Shown piece by piece: positions 28,960 through 39,151 of a stretch of 64,000 bases of DNA (positions are counted from its first letter, which is position 1; each line of letters begins with the position of its first letter). The notes under the pieces are model-generated. The model saw nothing but the letters and a program-made list of their open reading frames with translations. It was not told the DNA's origin and ran no database searches. Source of the DNA: a virus (Duplodnaviria > Caudoviricetes); the IMG/VR virus record IMGVR_UViG_3300028805_000091, positions 20,936 through 84,935 of that record. One strand, written 5' to 3'. The position numbers and the translations under genes are program-made.

Positions 28960-30105
28960 TTAACTTGTAACTGATGCTGAAATAGTTTTTGCTATTAAGG
29001 CCGCGTCTAATCTATATGGAACTAAATACTTAGGTTTAGTTATAACATCAGCATTTAACACTTCATTATACAAATCACTACCGACATAAATAGATGTTAG
29101 CATAATTTTAGCAGGAAATGCCTCATCCTTAACTAACTCTATTTCCATATCACCATCTTCACCTAATGGAGTAAATCCCCTTTCTACATTTAATGCAAAT
29201 TCACAAATACCACCTAAGCTATTAACAGCTTTAACAGTTAAAACTAAAGCTACTTTTTCACCTTTGTCAGATACTTGTACATAAACAGGATTCCCATTAT
29301 CATCAAGAATGTCATATTCTTCACCTATATTAAATCCTACACCTGGCTCTATAATATACTTAGGTCGTGTATCATAAAAAATAGGTATTTCTACTTGCTC
29401 AATAATTTCAGGAAATTCTGGCAAACGCTCATAAATTTCTGCTTTAATAGCTCTAATAGATTGTGTCCTATCAATTGGAATGTTATTAAACCAAATAGTA
29501 CCTTGAGCTCTAATATCAGTTAATTTATTAAATCCATGTTCATCTACTTTATAATCAAACCAAATAGTATTAGGACCATTTAAATCACCTGTATCATAAG
29601 TACCTTGTCTTGCTGGTACACAATTGGCAATACGAGAATATGTTTTACCACCACTAAGTTGTTTCATTACTGTTGATAGTACAACCCATTCTCTTGCTAT
29701 ACGCTCATCTCTAGAATTATATTCAGTAAATACAATACGAGAATTACGCGGTAAATGCAACTTAGTTGGAATTAATACTTCTAAGCCAAAAATACCGTCC
29801 ATATCTGGACCCATACCATTAGCATTTACATTTTCAAGATATTCTTTAAATAAAGGTACTACTGTTTCAGTTGTATCATTCCATTCAATATCTACAAAAT
29901 TATTATATTCGTCTACATTATTTTCATTATCTTCAAAACCGATAGCTGGAACTCTTACAAGAGCTTTAATTCCATAATTACTAAAAATAGCTTCATCCCT
30001 AATTGCAGCATGGTATGAAGATAAATCCGTAATATAGGCATCTCTTAAGTTATATTGTGAAAAAGCTGTTTCTTTCAGCCTTGATTTTGCTACTCTTTTT
30101 GCCAT
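28960..30105 (-). CDS. Putative head-closure/neck protein (gp14-like) with C-terminal extension
   Basis: DEAIFSNYGIKALVRVP is reminiscent of the gp14 N-terminus; GTTCTA motif at 30136-30141. Confidence 0.35.
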   Translation of the reverse strand: MAKRVAKSRLKETAFSQYNLRDAYITDLSSYHAAIRDEAIFSNYGIKALVRVPAIGFEDNENNVDEYNNFVDIEWNDTTETVVPLFKEYLENVNANGMGPDMDGIFGLEVLIPTKLHLPRNSRIVFTEYNSRDERIAREWVVLSTVMKQLSGGKTYSRIANCVPARQGTYDTGDLNGPNTIWFDYKVDEHGFNKLTDIRAQGTIWFNNIPIDRTQSIRAIKAEIYERLPEFPEIIEQVEIPIFYDTRPKYIIEPGVGFNIGEEYDILDDNGNPVYVQVSDKGEKVALVLTVKAVNSLGGICEFALNVERGFTPLGEDGDMEIELVKDEAFPAKIMLTSIYVGSDLYNEVLNADVITKPKYLVPYRLDAALIAKTISASVTS

Positions 30106-30183
30106 CGATTTAACCTGAAAAATTTCAATATAAACTAGAACTTAAATAAAATCGTTACATTTTTATAACTTAACTCTTTATAT

Positions 30184-30224
30184 AAAAAAGAAAGGACTGA
30201 ACTTATTATTTTTCAATCCTTTCT
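30184..30224 (-). terminator. Intrinsic terminator after groEL
   Basis: AGAAAGGATTGAA / TTCAGTCCTTTCT stem followed by a T-run on the minus strand. Confidence 0.75.
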
Positions 30225-30246
30225 CACTCCTTTTTATTGTTAAAAA

Positions 30247-31899
30247 TTACATCATTGGCATTCCACCCGGTACCATGTTTAATGATACACCTTCTTTTTC
30301 TACTGGATCAACTGTTACAACAACATCTGCTGTTAATGCAACAGAAGCAATGGAAGAAGCTGCATAAACTGTACCAACAACTACTTTAGTAGGATCAATA
30401 ATACCATCTTCTAACATATCAGCAACTTTATGAGTGGCTACATTATAACCAACATTCTTATTTGTATCTTTTAATACATCTTTAACAATTACATCATAAT
30501 GTAAACCAGCATTTTCAACAATTGTCTTAAATGGAGCTCTTAAAGCATTAGCAAAAACTTTAACACCTGTTGCCATATCTTCATCCTCAGGTAAATCTAT
30601 TAAAAGTTTATCAGCTAAACGTAATAAAGTAGTACCACCACCAGGTAAATAACCTTCTTCTAAAGCAGCTTTTACAGCCCATGTAGCATCATCTAAACGA
30701 TCTTTAAGCTCTTTAATTTCTTCTTCTGAAGAACCACCTACTTGAATTAAAGCCACACCAGTAGTTAAAGCTGCAAGACGCTTATTAAGAATTTCTAATG
30801 TAGAAGAATCATTTTCTTTAGTAGCTTTAATTTCACCTTGTAAAGCTTCAACACGTGCTTTAATCTTAGCTTCATCACCATGACCACCACGAATAATAGT
30901 TTCATCTTTTTTGATAATAATTTTATCGCAAGATCCGAAACTCATCGAAGTCATAGTTTCAAACTTAATACCAAGTGGATCATCTGCTACTTCAGCTCCA
31001 AGATAAATAGCCATATCACGTAAACGATTTAATCTATTATCTCCATAAGACGGAGCTTCTACACAAGCGATTTTCATTGCACCACCTGTACGAATAATAT
31101 TCATAGCAAGGGCTTGAGTAACAGAAGTATCAAAACCTTCAGCAATAATTACTAATGGCTGTTGTCTTTGTAATACATCTTGAATAATATTTGCCAAAGT
31201 TTGAAAATTTGAAATTTTAGAATTACACAATAAAATCATAGGCTTATCGAATTCTACAATCTGATCTTCTCTATTATTTACAAAGAATTGAGAAGTCCAT
31301 CCTCTATCAAACGTCATACCTTCTTTAAATTCAAGACGAATATCACGATCTTTTGTTTCTTCAACTGTTACAACACCGTCTTTACCAACTTTAAGATAAG
31401 CATCCGCAACAACTTTACCTAACTTAGCATCACCATTTGCAGAAACTGTTGCAATATCATAAAGTTGTTGGTTATCTGTTATTTCAGTTGACCAAGCTTT
31501 TAAATCCTTTACAATAGAATTTGTAGCCTTTTCAATACCTTGACGTAATTTAGTACGATTAATTGTACTATCAGATAACTCTAATTGGCGTACTCCATTA
31601 TTAACAATAGCTTGTGCAATTACTGTTGCTGTAGTGGTACCATCTCCAACAGAATCAAGTTGTTTTTGAGCAACAGCGATAGCTAAATCTGAACCAAGCT
31701 TAACTTTTTCATCTTTTGGTAAAATTTCTTTAGCTACTGAAACACCATCTTTTGTAATTAATGGAGTTTTATCTTCACGCTGAATAACTACAGTATTACC
31801 TGCATAACCAAGTGTTGTTTTAACTGCATTTGCGACAAGATTAATACCTTTTACTAAAGCATCTCTTGCTTCTTTATCAAAATGAGCTGATGTACTCAT
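30247..31899 (-). CDS. groEL: Phage-encoded chaperonin GroEL
   Basis: ITKDGVSVAKEI, GDGTTTAT, GMTFDRG, RLDDA..AVKAA.EEG.LPGGG, GIIDPTKV, GGM tail. Confidence 0.95.
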   Translation of the reverse strand: MSTSAHFDKEARDALVKGINLVANAVKTTLGYAGNTVVIQREDKTPLITKDGVSVAKEILPKDEKVKLGSDLAIAVAQKQLDSVGDGTTTATVIAQAIVNNGVRQLELSDSTINRTKLRQGIEKATNSIVKDLKAWSTEITDNQQLYDIATVSANGDAKLGKVVADAYLKVGKDGVVTVEETKDRDIRLEFKEGMTFDRGWTSQFFVNNREDQIVEFDKPMILLCNSKISNFQTLANIIQDVLQRQQPLVIIAEGFDTSVTQALAMNIIRTGGAMKIACVEAPSYGDNRLNRLRDMAIYLGAEVADDPLGIKFETMTSMSFGSCDKIIIKKDETIIRGGHGDEAKIKARVEALQGEIKATKENDSSTLEILNKRLAALTTGVALIQVGGSSEEEIKELKDRLDDATWAVKAALEEGYLPGGGTTLLRLADKLLIDLPEDEDMATGVKVFANALRAPFKTIVENAGLHYDVIVKDVLKDTNKNVGYNVATHKVADMLEDGIIDPTKVVVGTVYAASSIASVALTADVVVTVDPVEKEGVSLNMVPGGMPMM

Positions 31900-31900
31900 A

Positions 31901-32218
31901 TTATTTCCCTTCCTTATCTAAAATTTCACCTTCAACTTCTACAGCAAGTAAATCTTTAGCATCAACACAAATAAATGTACGACCACCTAAAGTAATTTTA
32001 TTGCTAGACGTCTTATAAAAAGCTACAATATCACCAGTCGCTACTGGTATAGTAACAAATGATCCTTTATCAAAATATCCTGTTGGAGCAGATATTACTT
32101 CACCATACATAATATCATCATTAATAGACTCGGGTACAAACAATTCCCCAATTTTAGTTTCCTGTTTCTTTTCTTCAACAAAAATGTTTGAACCAAGAGC
32201 TTGATAAATCTTACTCAT
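31901..32218 (-). CDS. groES: Co-chaperonin GroES
   Basis: EEKKQETKIGELFVP mobile loop, YGEVI, V..GD.V, DLLAV; directly upstream of groEL. Confidence 0.8.
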   Translation of the reverse strand: MSKIYQALGSNIFVEEKKQETKIGELFVPESINDDIMYGEVISAPTGYFDKGSFVTIPVATGDIVAFYKTSSNKITLGGRTFICVDAKDLLAVEVEGEILDKEGK

Positions 32219-32438
32219 TATTATCCTCCTCATCAAAATAGTCTTGAATTGCACCTAAACCAGCAATAACTGTATCATCATCTAAAACAAGTGAAGGTGT
32301 CTGTTTTAAATCATATTTTTCTACAAAATCTGGATTATCTTCTACATCAACTAAGTCGATTCCAGTTATATTATTATCTTGTAACCATGTTTTTAATAGC
32401 TTACACGGTATACAATTTTTACCAACTGCTAATTGCAT
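32211..32438 (-). CDS. Glutaredoxin/NrdH-like redoxin
   Basis: CIPC active site and QTPSLV (cis-Pro) motif; 75 aa. Confidence 0.8.
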   Translation of the reverse strand: MQLAVGKNCIPCKLLKTWLQDNNITGIDLVDVEDNPDFVEKYDLKQTPSLVLDDDTVIAGLGAIQDYFDEEDNNE

Positions 32439-32460
32439 ACTATACCTTTCAAAAAATTAG

Positions 32461-32730
32461 TTAAAACCAAATAATGTTCTTCATTTTAGCAAATAAATTA
32501 CTAGATTTCTTTTTTTCATCAGTTTTTGCAACAGGATTCCACTTTACTGATGATTCTTTATCATTTTTATCTGTTTCTTCTACCTTATTTACCTCAACTT
32601 CAGTAGTTTCTTTTAATTTTTCACTTTCTAATACAAAAGGTTCATTAAAATCAACTGAATTTTTTTCAACTTTAGTATTTTTAGTAGTTTTTCTTTTATT
32701 TTCAGTGGTTTTTTTAGCTTGTCTTGCCAT
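32461..32730 (-). CDS. Charged low-complexity hypothetical protein
   Basis: GAGGT RBS; Lys/Glu-rich. Confidence 0.55.
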   Translation of the reverse strand: MARQAKKTTENKRKTTKNTKVEKNSVDFNEPFVLESEKLKETTEVEVNKVEETDKNDKESSVKWNPVAKTDEKKKSSNLFAKMKNIIWF

Positions 32731-32775
32731 TTTATACCTCTAAATTGTTAATGTTGTTATATAGAATGCAAATAA

Positions 32776-34275
32776 TTACATAAAAATTAATTGAAAAGTT
32801 CCATTTTCATGAATAATTGCATTACAATGCGCCCAAGTAGTCAATCCTTGTTGATTATAACATAATTTTAATTTTGATAATGTTCCAACTATTACAGATG
32901 ACCCAAAAATTTGTGGACTATGTGTATGACCACTTATAATTTTTTCAAAACCCTTATCAAATAAACGTGGATTTCCTTTAGCTCCCGAAATACCTGCATC
33001 TCCGTGTTCAGCTAATTCAAAACCACATATTCTAAAACTACTATTTTTTGGTAATAATTGTACATTTTTAGGTAAATATTCATCTAATATATTACCATTT
33101 TCTAAATATTTAGCAAATAACTTAGCACCAATCTTAGCATTTTTAGTATCTCTTATAAATTCACCTGTATTTAGCCATTTTTCAACAAAAGAATCATGAT
33201 TACTACTAACTATTTTAAATTCTGTATTTTTATGCTTACTTGTAAATTTAGTTAATTTTTCATTTACAGCTTTTAATTCAGCCTCTAAAGAAATTGTATA
33301 TTTATTTTCATTTTGTATTTTAGTTAAATATTTATATAAGTCATGATGTGAAATACTACCCCAAGAAGCAACATCATGTATCATTGCCACTTTAGGATTA
33401 AGTCTATTAAGTAGACCAGATGTTTTATCTAAAGCCTCTTCATCCTCATCTGGTAAATGTAAATCACCAAGTACACATCCAGGAATTTCTTTAATAGTCT
33501 TAACACCATTTTTTGTATATAATTTATCTAAATCATGTAACTCATTGTTTTCAAATATTAAATTTCTAGGAATATATCTTTTTAATTCATCTTGATATTC
33601 CAATAAAATTGCTCCAAATGTATGATACTTAGCATCTACACTACCAGGAATAGTATCTTTATAATCAGGCATACCAATAGTACCTGTTGTATAAGCTACT
33701 CTAAAAGCATCATATTGTTTATAAGGTAATATATTAAGATATTGCTTTGGAGAACCAATTACAACTGTTTTATAATTTGTAGTTAATTTATCTACATTCA
33801 AAAGAGGATTTTTTAAAGTAGGTGAAACTAGATAATCACGTACTAAGCATTTATCGTCTAATTCAAATTTAAATTCTGTAGCAAGATTATTTTGAAGCAT
33901 TTTATAAGTTGATTCTTCTAATGGAGTATTACGTTTAATACTTTTACCCCAAAGAATAGCTAATTCTGAATTTGTCTGACTACAATAATTCTTTAATGTT
34001 AAATAAAAATCTTCATTCAATATAGCTCCATCAGCTATATAAGAAACTACAACTCTTTTTACATTTTTGTCAAATGTAATTGTTTTATTTGTACGTAAAA
34101 TATTAAAAGAAATTTCATTTACAAATTTTGTCCAATTACCCCAAATATTTTCAATTAAAGAAGAAGAATAAAATGGATTTTCTTTTCTATATTCATCTCT
34201 GGATAATTTTTTATGTTTTTGTTCACATAGAGACTTAAAATAATCTACAATATCTTCCTTAGAAACTTTAGACAT
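32776..34275 (-). CDS. Calcineurin-like metallophosphoesterase with N-terminal helical domain
   Basis: GDLH, HDV, SNHD, EHGD and GHTH motifs in the canonical order. Confidence 0.75.
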   Translation of the reverse strand: MSKVSKEDIVDYFKSLCEQKHKKLSRDEYRKENPFYSSSLIENIWGNWTKFVNEISFNILRTNKTITFDKNVKRVVVSYIADGAILNEDFYLTLKNYCSQTNSELAILWGKSIKRNTPLEESTYKMLQNNLATEFKFELDDKCLVRDYLVSPTLKNPLLNVDKLTTNYKTVVIGSPKQYLNILPYKQYDAFRVAYTTGTIGMPDYKDTIPGSVDAKYHTFGAILLEYQDELKRYIPRNLIFENNELHDLDKLYTKNGVKTIKEIPGCVLGDLHLPDEDEEALDKTSGLLNRLNPKVAMIHDVASWGSISHHDLYKYLTKIQNENKYTISLEAELKAVNEKLTKFTSKHKNTEFKIVSSNHDSFVEKWLNTGEFIRDTKNAKIGAKLFAKYLENGNILDEYLPKNVQLLPKNSSFRICGFELAEHGDAGISGAKGNPRLFDKGFEKIISGHTHSPQIFGSSVIVGTLSKLKLCYNQQGLTTWAHCNAIIHENGTFQLIFM

Positions 34276-34988
34276 TAGCTATTACCCCTCTTTTTTACTT
34301 GTTTACGATTTTGCTTTATTTCTTTATTTTTTTGTTTATAAAAATCATCATATTGATCTTCAAAAGCATCTCTAATAGAAAGCTCATATTCTTTTTCATC
34401 TAATTCATTTTCAATCACAGTATCACATAAACCATATTTTAAACATTGTTGTGCACTTAAATATCCTCTTTCATCAGCTTGAAAAGTATGTAAATCATCA
34501 AGTGTCAACTTTCCTTTACAAGCTTTTAAGTAAAGATTTTCCATTTGTTCTGAATATTCAAGTGTTTGTTCACAAATCTTTTCGATTTCACTTTTCTTTG
34601 TTGTAATTGTATATATTGAACCAAAATGAATAAAATGCGTTGCAAAACGACTCATCATACGCTGACTTCCTTGAACAGCTATTAAAGAAGCTGCTGAACC
34701 AGCTTGACCTAAAACAAAAGTAAAAATTTCAATATCATAAAGTTTAGCCATGTTAATTAAACCAATAATAGTCATCATAACACTAACTTCACCACCAGGA
34801 CTATTTATGATAAAAAAGATTTTTTTACCCATATTTTCTGGATTTAATATAAAACTTGTTAATTCACCAATTAAAAAAGCACAATTATCACTAGTTATTT
34901 CATCTAATAAAAATACTTTTTCATTATACATATAATTCTTGTAAAGCATAGAAGGTAACATATTTTCTTGATTGGTGATACCTTGCAT
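34275..34988 (-). CDS. clpP: ClpP-like protease
   Basis: INSPGGEV, AGSAASLI (Ser), FIHFG (His), DERGYLSA..CLKYGLCD (Asp). Confidence 0.85.
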   Translation of the reverse strand: MQGITNQENMLPSMLYKNYMYNEKVFLLDEITSDNCAFLIGELTSFILNPENMGKKIFFIINSPGGEVSVMMTIIGLINMAKLYDIEIFTFVLGQAGSAASLIAVQGSQRMMSRFATHFIHFGSIYTITTKKSEIEKICEQTLEYSEQMENLYLKACKGKLTLDDLHTFQADERGYLSAQQCLKYGLCDTVIENELDEKEYELSIRDAFEDQYDDFYKQKNKEIKQNRKQVKKRGNS

Positions 34989-35135
34989 ATTGTATTTCCT
35001 CCTTTTTTATGCAAAAACAAATATATATATTATTGAACGTATAATAATACTTTGGAATCCGATAAAATATTTCCGTTATATAATAAAAATGTTCTAATTT
35101 ATAAATATTTTTCAAATCGATTTAGGAAATATAAC

Positions 35136-35810
35136 ATGACTACAGAAAACACTTTAGAATCCTTATTAAATAAGGTTTTAAAAGAACATGTAACCAACGG
35201 TTATTTTAAAGAATATATTAATTTTCAACCAGATATGTTAGATAGAACCAACTTACTTAATAAGGCTGGCCAATTTAATGTTAATGGTGAAAAAGTTGAT
35301 GTTAAACAAAACGGTGATTCGTATCAATACATTTTTGGTCCTAAAATGGGCGACTATATCAAAAAGTTATATGATTCTGGTAAAGATGATACAGAAGTAG
35401 CTTTAGAATTAGGTAAAATGTATTTAGATGATAATAATGAATTACGTAATATCTTAGATTTAGCTGATAGATCTGATACCTTAGTGTTTAATACATCTGA
35501 TGGTGAACCTATTGATGTAAAAGTTGGTGACGTATTTTGGACATTGGCTTATCTTAAGCGTGATCAAAGATGGAAAGAAGAACATCAAGTAAATGAGGCT
35601 TCTGAAGATCGCTGGAAAGAAATTGATTCAGAAGAAGATGATCCATATGCTGATGATGTATATTGGGCTAAAAAATATCGTGCAGCTAAACAAAATAATA
35701 TGGAAGATGAAGGCGAAGAAGATTGGTTAGAAATGTGGAAAGATAGTCGAATCGAAGGTTTCGATGATGATGAAGATATCAATCCATTAAACTATGTAAG
35801 TGGTTATTAA
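35136..35810 (+). CDS. Acidic hypothetical protein
   Basis: ATG at 35136 with an AGGA RBS and GTTCTA at 35091-35096 (the track start at 35052 is a TTG). Confidence 0.65.
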   Translation: MTTENTLESLLNKVLKEHVTNGYFKEYINFQPDMLDRTNLLNKAGQFNVNGEKVDVKQNGDSYQYIFGPKMGDYIKKLYDSGKDDTEVALELGKMYLDDNNELRNILDLADRSDTLVFNTSDGEPIDVKVGDVFWTLAYLKRDQRWKEEHQVNEASEDRWKEIDSEEDDPYADDVYWAKKYRAAKQNNMEDEGEEDWLEMWKDSRIEGFDDDEDINPLNYVSGY

Positions 35811-35831
35811 TAGTAAAAAGAGAAGTAAACT

Positions 35832-38471
35832 ATGCCTAAAAATTTCGTATCAGTATTACAACAAGATGAACAATTTAATCCTACAAAAATAAATGCTAAT
35901 GTATTTGATGATACAAATAGTGTTAAAGAAGATAATGATAAATTAGAAAAAAAGCATGAGTTAACTTCTCAAGCTATTGAAAAAATTACACAATCTTTAC
36001 AAGTATCTGATGAATTACAGTCTATAATAAATCGTATCAATAAACTAAATAAAGATTTAGATACAAATAAATGGACTAAAAATGAAGAAGATAATACAGC
36101 TACATTAAGAAGTAAAGATGCTAGAATATTTAAGCAAAACGATAATTTATGCTTATCCCATGATGGTAAAATAGAAATATTTAAATCTGTACCTGAATTA
36201 CATGAATGGTTAAAGAAAAATCATTATCCTTTGCCAGAAAATATTAAATTACATGAAGCCACTGAAGAAAATACTCCATTTACTGATGATCCAAACGAAG
36301 ATATGAGTTATATGGATATAAATCGTTCTTTAACTAAAGATTTACGTACTTTATATAGTAGATCACGTTGGGCTGATATAATTGGACATAGATGGTCTGA
36401 GATTGATAAAAAATATGATTTAGATCCAGAAGCTGAACGTCGTCGTAAAGAAAATTATTGGAAAGGCTTTAATCCTAATTCAAGACCTATGTGGTCAGAT
36501 GAAGAAAAATTAGCACGTAGAATGGCTGGTATTGAATTAAAAAGTACAAATACCCCATTTGGAAAACAACCAAGTGATTTAACTTCTTACCATGGACGTT
36601 GGGCTGATAATGCAAATACTAGAAACGAAATAAATAAAATGTATAAAAAAGAATCAGAAGGAGATAGACAATTGAATTCGGATGAAATTTGGTATTTAGA
36701 ATATCAAAATAAAGGTAATAAAAATTATTTAAATTCAAATTGGGAAACAGAAGATCTTCTGACTGATAATTTGGATAATGCAGCTAAATTTATAACACGT
36801 GAAGATGCTATATATACATTAAAAGATTTGTATTCTATGCAATCGACCGAGTTTCCTTTTAAGCCAATTACCTTAAATGATATGGGTGAATGTGGTGTTA
36901 CCATTGGAGGTTCATTAGGTTCGGCTGTTCAATATCTCGGCAATAAAAAAGAAGAATCTGTATTAGATGAAGATAGTCAACGCCTTGGAGCTAAAAGATA
37001 TGCAAATTTAAATAGAAACGTTATTAAAGGCTCAAAAGTAATAGATGATAATGGTGAAATAATTGGCTATGTAGATAAAACAGTACAAGATCTATATGAT
37101 AAAAATGATCCAGAAGTTTATGTTTATGGACGTTCTGGTGACTCAATTAATGTAGGTAATCATATTTATTCAAATGCTCATGCTACTATGACACGTTATG
37201 TTGTTCGTGACTTAGATGGTAAAATTATCGGTTTATTAGCACCTGGCAAAACCACAGCTTATGCTCCAAATGGTGATATTTTAGGTCATGCAGATATTAT
37301 TTCAAATGCTGCTGATAAAAACTTTAATTTAGATGATTATACAAAAGATGCTCAAAGTGCTTATCAAGACCAATTTACTTCAAGAGCAATGGCTCACTTT
37401 AAAGGTAAAACAAACAGAATTAATATGTATAATAACAAAGGATTAAAACCACAATTTGCAGATGTTGCTGGAAATAATCCTGAATTATTAAACAGAATGT
37501 TTATGGGTACTTGGAATGATAAAACTGGTGATTTACTTATTTCTCCTGAAGAATTTGAAAATCGTATTAAAGAGATAAACGATACTTATGGTATTAATCT
37601 TTCTAGTCAATATCCATTATTTAGTATGAGCTCTAAAGATAAAAATAATCCAAATTATCCAGAATTCTTAAAATGGAGAGATTCAGAATTTAAACGTATC
37701 TTTGATGCTAGTCGTAAAAAAGATACTATTTCTAGTAGAATTTCAAATCAACGTAATGATATTGATAATGCTAAAGCTAATCAAGCAGATAGAAATTCTT
37801 CAGAAGAAAATCAAAAAATTGCTTTTAATCAAGCTAAAACACAAGCTAAAGATATTGTAGATTCATATATGAATGGTGAAAGTAAATCTTCAACTATGCG
37901 TAAAGGATTAAAAGATATATTCAATAATGCTAATTATTCAGATAGTATTAAGAAAAATATTGCAAATTATGTTAAGGATGCCTTTAAAGATGATCAAGAT
38001 GAAATAGAAACATTAGATATGTTAATTCCTGGTTATTTTGGCGAAAGCGCTCCAAGAACAGAAAAATTCTATAACAAACATAGTTTCTTAGATATTTTAC
38101 GTTCACATATGCAAGATACATTATTAACAGAAGATGATACTCCTGCTGATTTTGCTGATACTACACCAGATAATGTTAATATTGAAACACCTTCAGATAC
38201 AGCTACAGATACTTCTTCTAATTCATCAACTGATGATTTTGATGGTTATGAATTAGATAGTGATAGTTCTGATACAGATGCTCCAAGTTTTGGCGATATA
38301 AATATCAGTGGTGGTATGGGTCCAGATGAAGAAGCTCCTCAAATTACTTCAGATAAAAAAGTAATTGATGTTTTAGCTAATGACGATGATGAATCTGAAA
38401 TAAAAATAAAAACAAAAGATTTATCATCAGATGAAGTAGAAACTCATGATTTAAGTGAAATTGACATTTAA
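35832..38471 (+). CDS. Large acidic multi-module protein, possible head internal protein
   Basis: 879 aa; modules punctuated by LHEATEE, KEESVLDED, FGES, LLTED. Confidence 0.55.
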   Translation: MPKNFVSVLQQDEQFNPTKINANVFDDTNSVKEDNDKLEKKHELTSQAIEKITQSLQVSDELQSIINRINKLNKDLDTNKWTKNEEDNTATLRSKDARIFKQNDNLCLSHDGKIEIFKSVPELHEWLKKNHYPLPENIKLHEATEENTPFTDDPNEDMSYMDINRSLTKDLRTLYSRSRWADIIGHRWSEIDKKYDLDPEAERRRKENYWKGFNPNSRPMWSDEEKLARRMAGIELKSTNTPFGKQPSDLTSYHGRWADNANTRNEINKMYKKESEGDRQLNSDEIWYLEYQNKGNKNYLNSNWETEDLLTDNLDNAAKFITREDAIYTLKDLYSMQSTEFPFKPITLNDMGECGVTIGGSLGSAVQYLGNKKEESVLDEDSQRLGAKRYANLNRNVIKGSKVIDDNGEIIGYVDKTVQDLYDKNDPEVYVYGRSGDSINVGNHIYSNAHATMTRYVVRDLDGKIIGLLAPGKTTAYAPNGDILGHADIISNAADKNFNLDDYTKDAQSAYQDQFTSRAMAHFKGKTNRINMYNNKGLKPQFADVAGNNPELLNRMFMGTWNDKTGDLLISPEEFENRIKEINDTYGINLSSQYPLFSMSSKDKNNPNYPEFLKWRDSEFKRIFDASRKKDTISSRISNQRNDIDNAKANQADRNSSEENQKIAFNQAKTQAKDIVDSYMNGESKSSTMRKGLKDIFNNANYSDSIKKNIANYVKDAFKDDQDEIETLDMLIPGYFGESAPRTEKFYNKHSFLDILRSHMQDTLLTEDDTPADFADTTPDNVNIETPSDTATDTSSNSSTDDFDGYELDSDSSDTDAPSFGDINISGGMGPDEEAPQITSDKKVIDVLANDDDESEIKIKTKDLSSDEVETHDLSEIDI

Positions 38472-38506
38472 TGCTTGTTTTTTGACCTCTGGATAGCCGA
38501 ATTTAA

Positions 38507-38541
38507 ATTTTAAGTCCTGATTATCACTTTCAGGACTTTTT
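38507..38541. terminator. Bidirectional terminator between convergent genes
   Basis: AAGTCCTGA / TCAGGACTT stem followed by a T-run on the + strand, between convergent genes. Confidence 0.65.
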
Positions 38542-38835
38542 CTTTTCTATGGTCAATTTTTCAAGTATTTGGTCATAGACATTAGATAACTGTTTTTCTT
38601 TAAACCAAATTTTTTTATTAAATTTAGAATTTATAAATATAATACCTTTAGATCCAGATACTATAAATGAATTTGTACGCTGCTGTGTTATATGAAATTT
38701 ATATCTATCAATAGCTTCTCTTAAATCAAATAATTCATCTCTTCCACCTATTAAAAGGCCATAATCATTTACTTTTAATTGATAAAAAGAATTACTATTC
38801 TTAAAAGTTCCTTCCTCTATTAAAACTTTATCCAT
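38530..38835 (-). CDS. Hypothetical protein
   Basis: GAGG RBS and a sigma70 promoter upstream. Confidence 0.65.
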   Translation of the reverse strand: MDKVLIEEGTFKNSNSFYQLKVNDYGLLIGGRDELFDLREAIDRYKFHITQQRTNSFIVSGSKGIIFINSKFNKKIWFKEKQLSNVYDQILEKLTIEKKKS

Positions 38836-38863
38836 AATGTCCTCTTATATTTTAATTTAACCA

Positions 38864-38892
38864 AACATATATTAAAAAAATTTATTTGTAAA
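38864..38892 (-). promoter_or_regulatory. Host sigma70-type promoter
   Basis: TTTACA-N17-TATGTT; same TTTACAAAT -35 context as 24078 and 19190. Confidence 0.6.
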
Positions 38893-38924
38893 ACCAAAAA
38901 ATATCTTTTCGTATAAAAATTGCC

Positions 38925-39085
38925 TCGCGTGCGCACGTATACGCGAAAAATAAAAATAAAAATATTTTTATTTTATACGTCTTTTCGTCTAGTCTATCGT
39001 CTACAGACAATCCAGACGTCAGACTGTATAATTTTTTTTAAATTTTTAAATTATTTATATATATTATATTTATATTATTTAAATA
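38925..39085. other. Candidate replication origin / cis element
   Basis: GC-rich nested palindrome TCGCGTGCGCACGTATACGCGA, 4x GTCT facing 3x AGAC, then an almost pure A/T stretch, in a divergent intergenic gap. Confidence 0.4.
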
Positions 39086-39151
39086 TACAGTTTTTTTGTC
39101 TAATTTTCATAGAAGTTCTATGTCATATATATGGTTAAAAAGGAGTTTATA

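Noticed and set aside
29275-29977. Plus-strand ORFs 29275-29523 and 29624-29977
   Set aside because: Fully antisense to a longer credible gene; typical shadow ORFs. The same applies to the other nested short ORFs in the track (e.g. 2633-2815, 6668-6997, 32474-32743, 59958-60314, 61136-61327, 61898-62236).
38920-39138. ORF 38920-39138 across the palindromic intergenic region
   Set aside because: TTG start, no RBS, Phe/Ile/Tyr/Leu composition expected from AT-rich non-coding DNA; overlaps the origin-like element.
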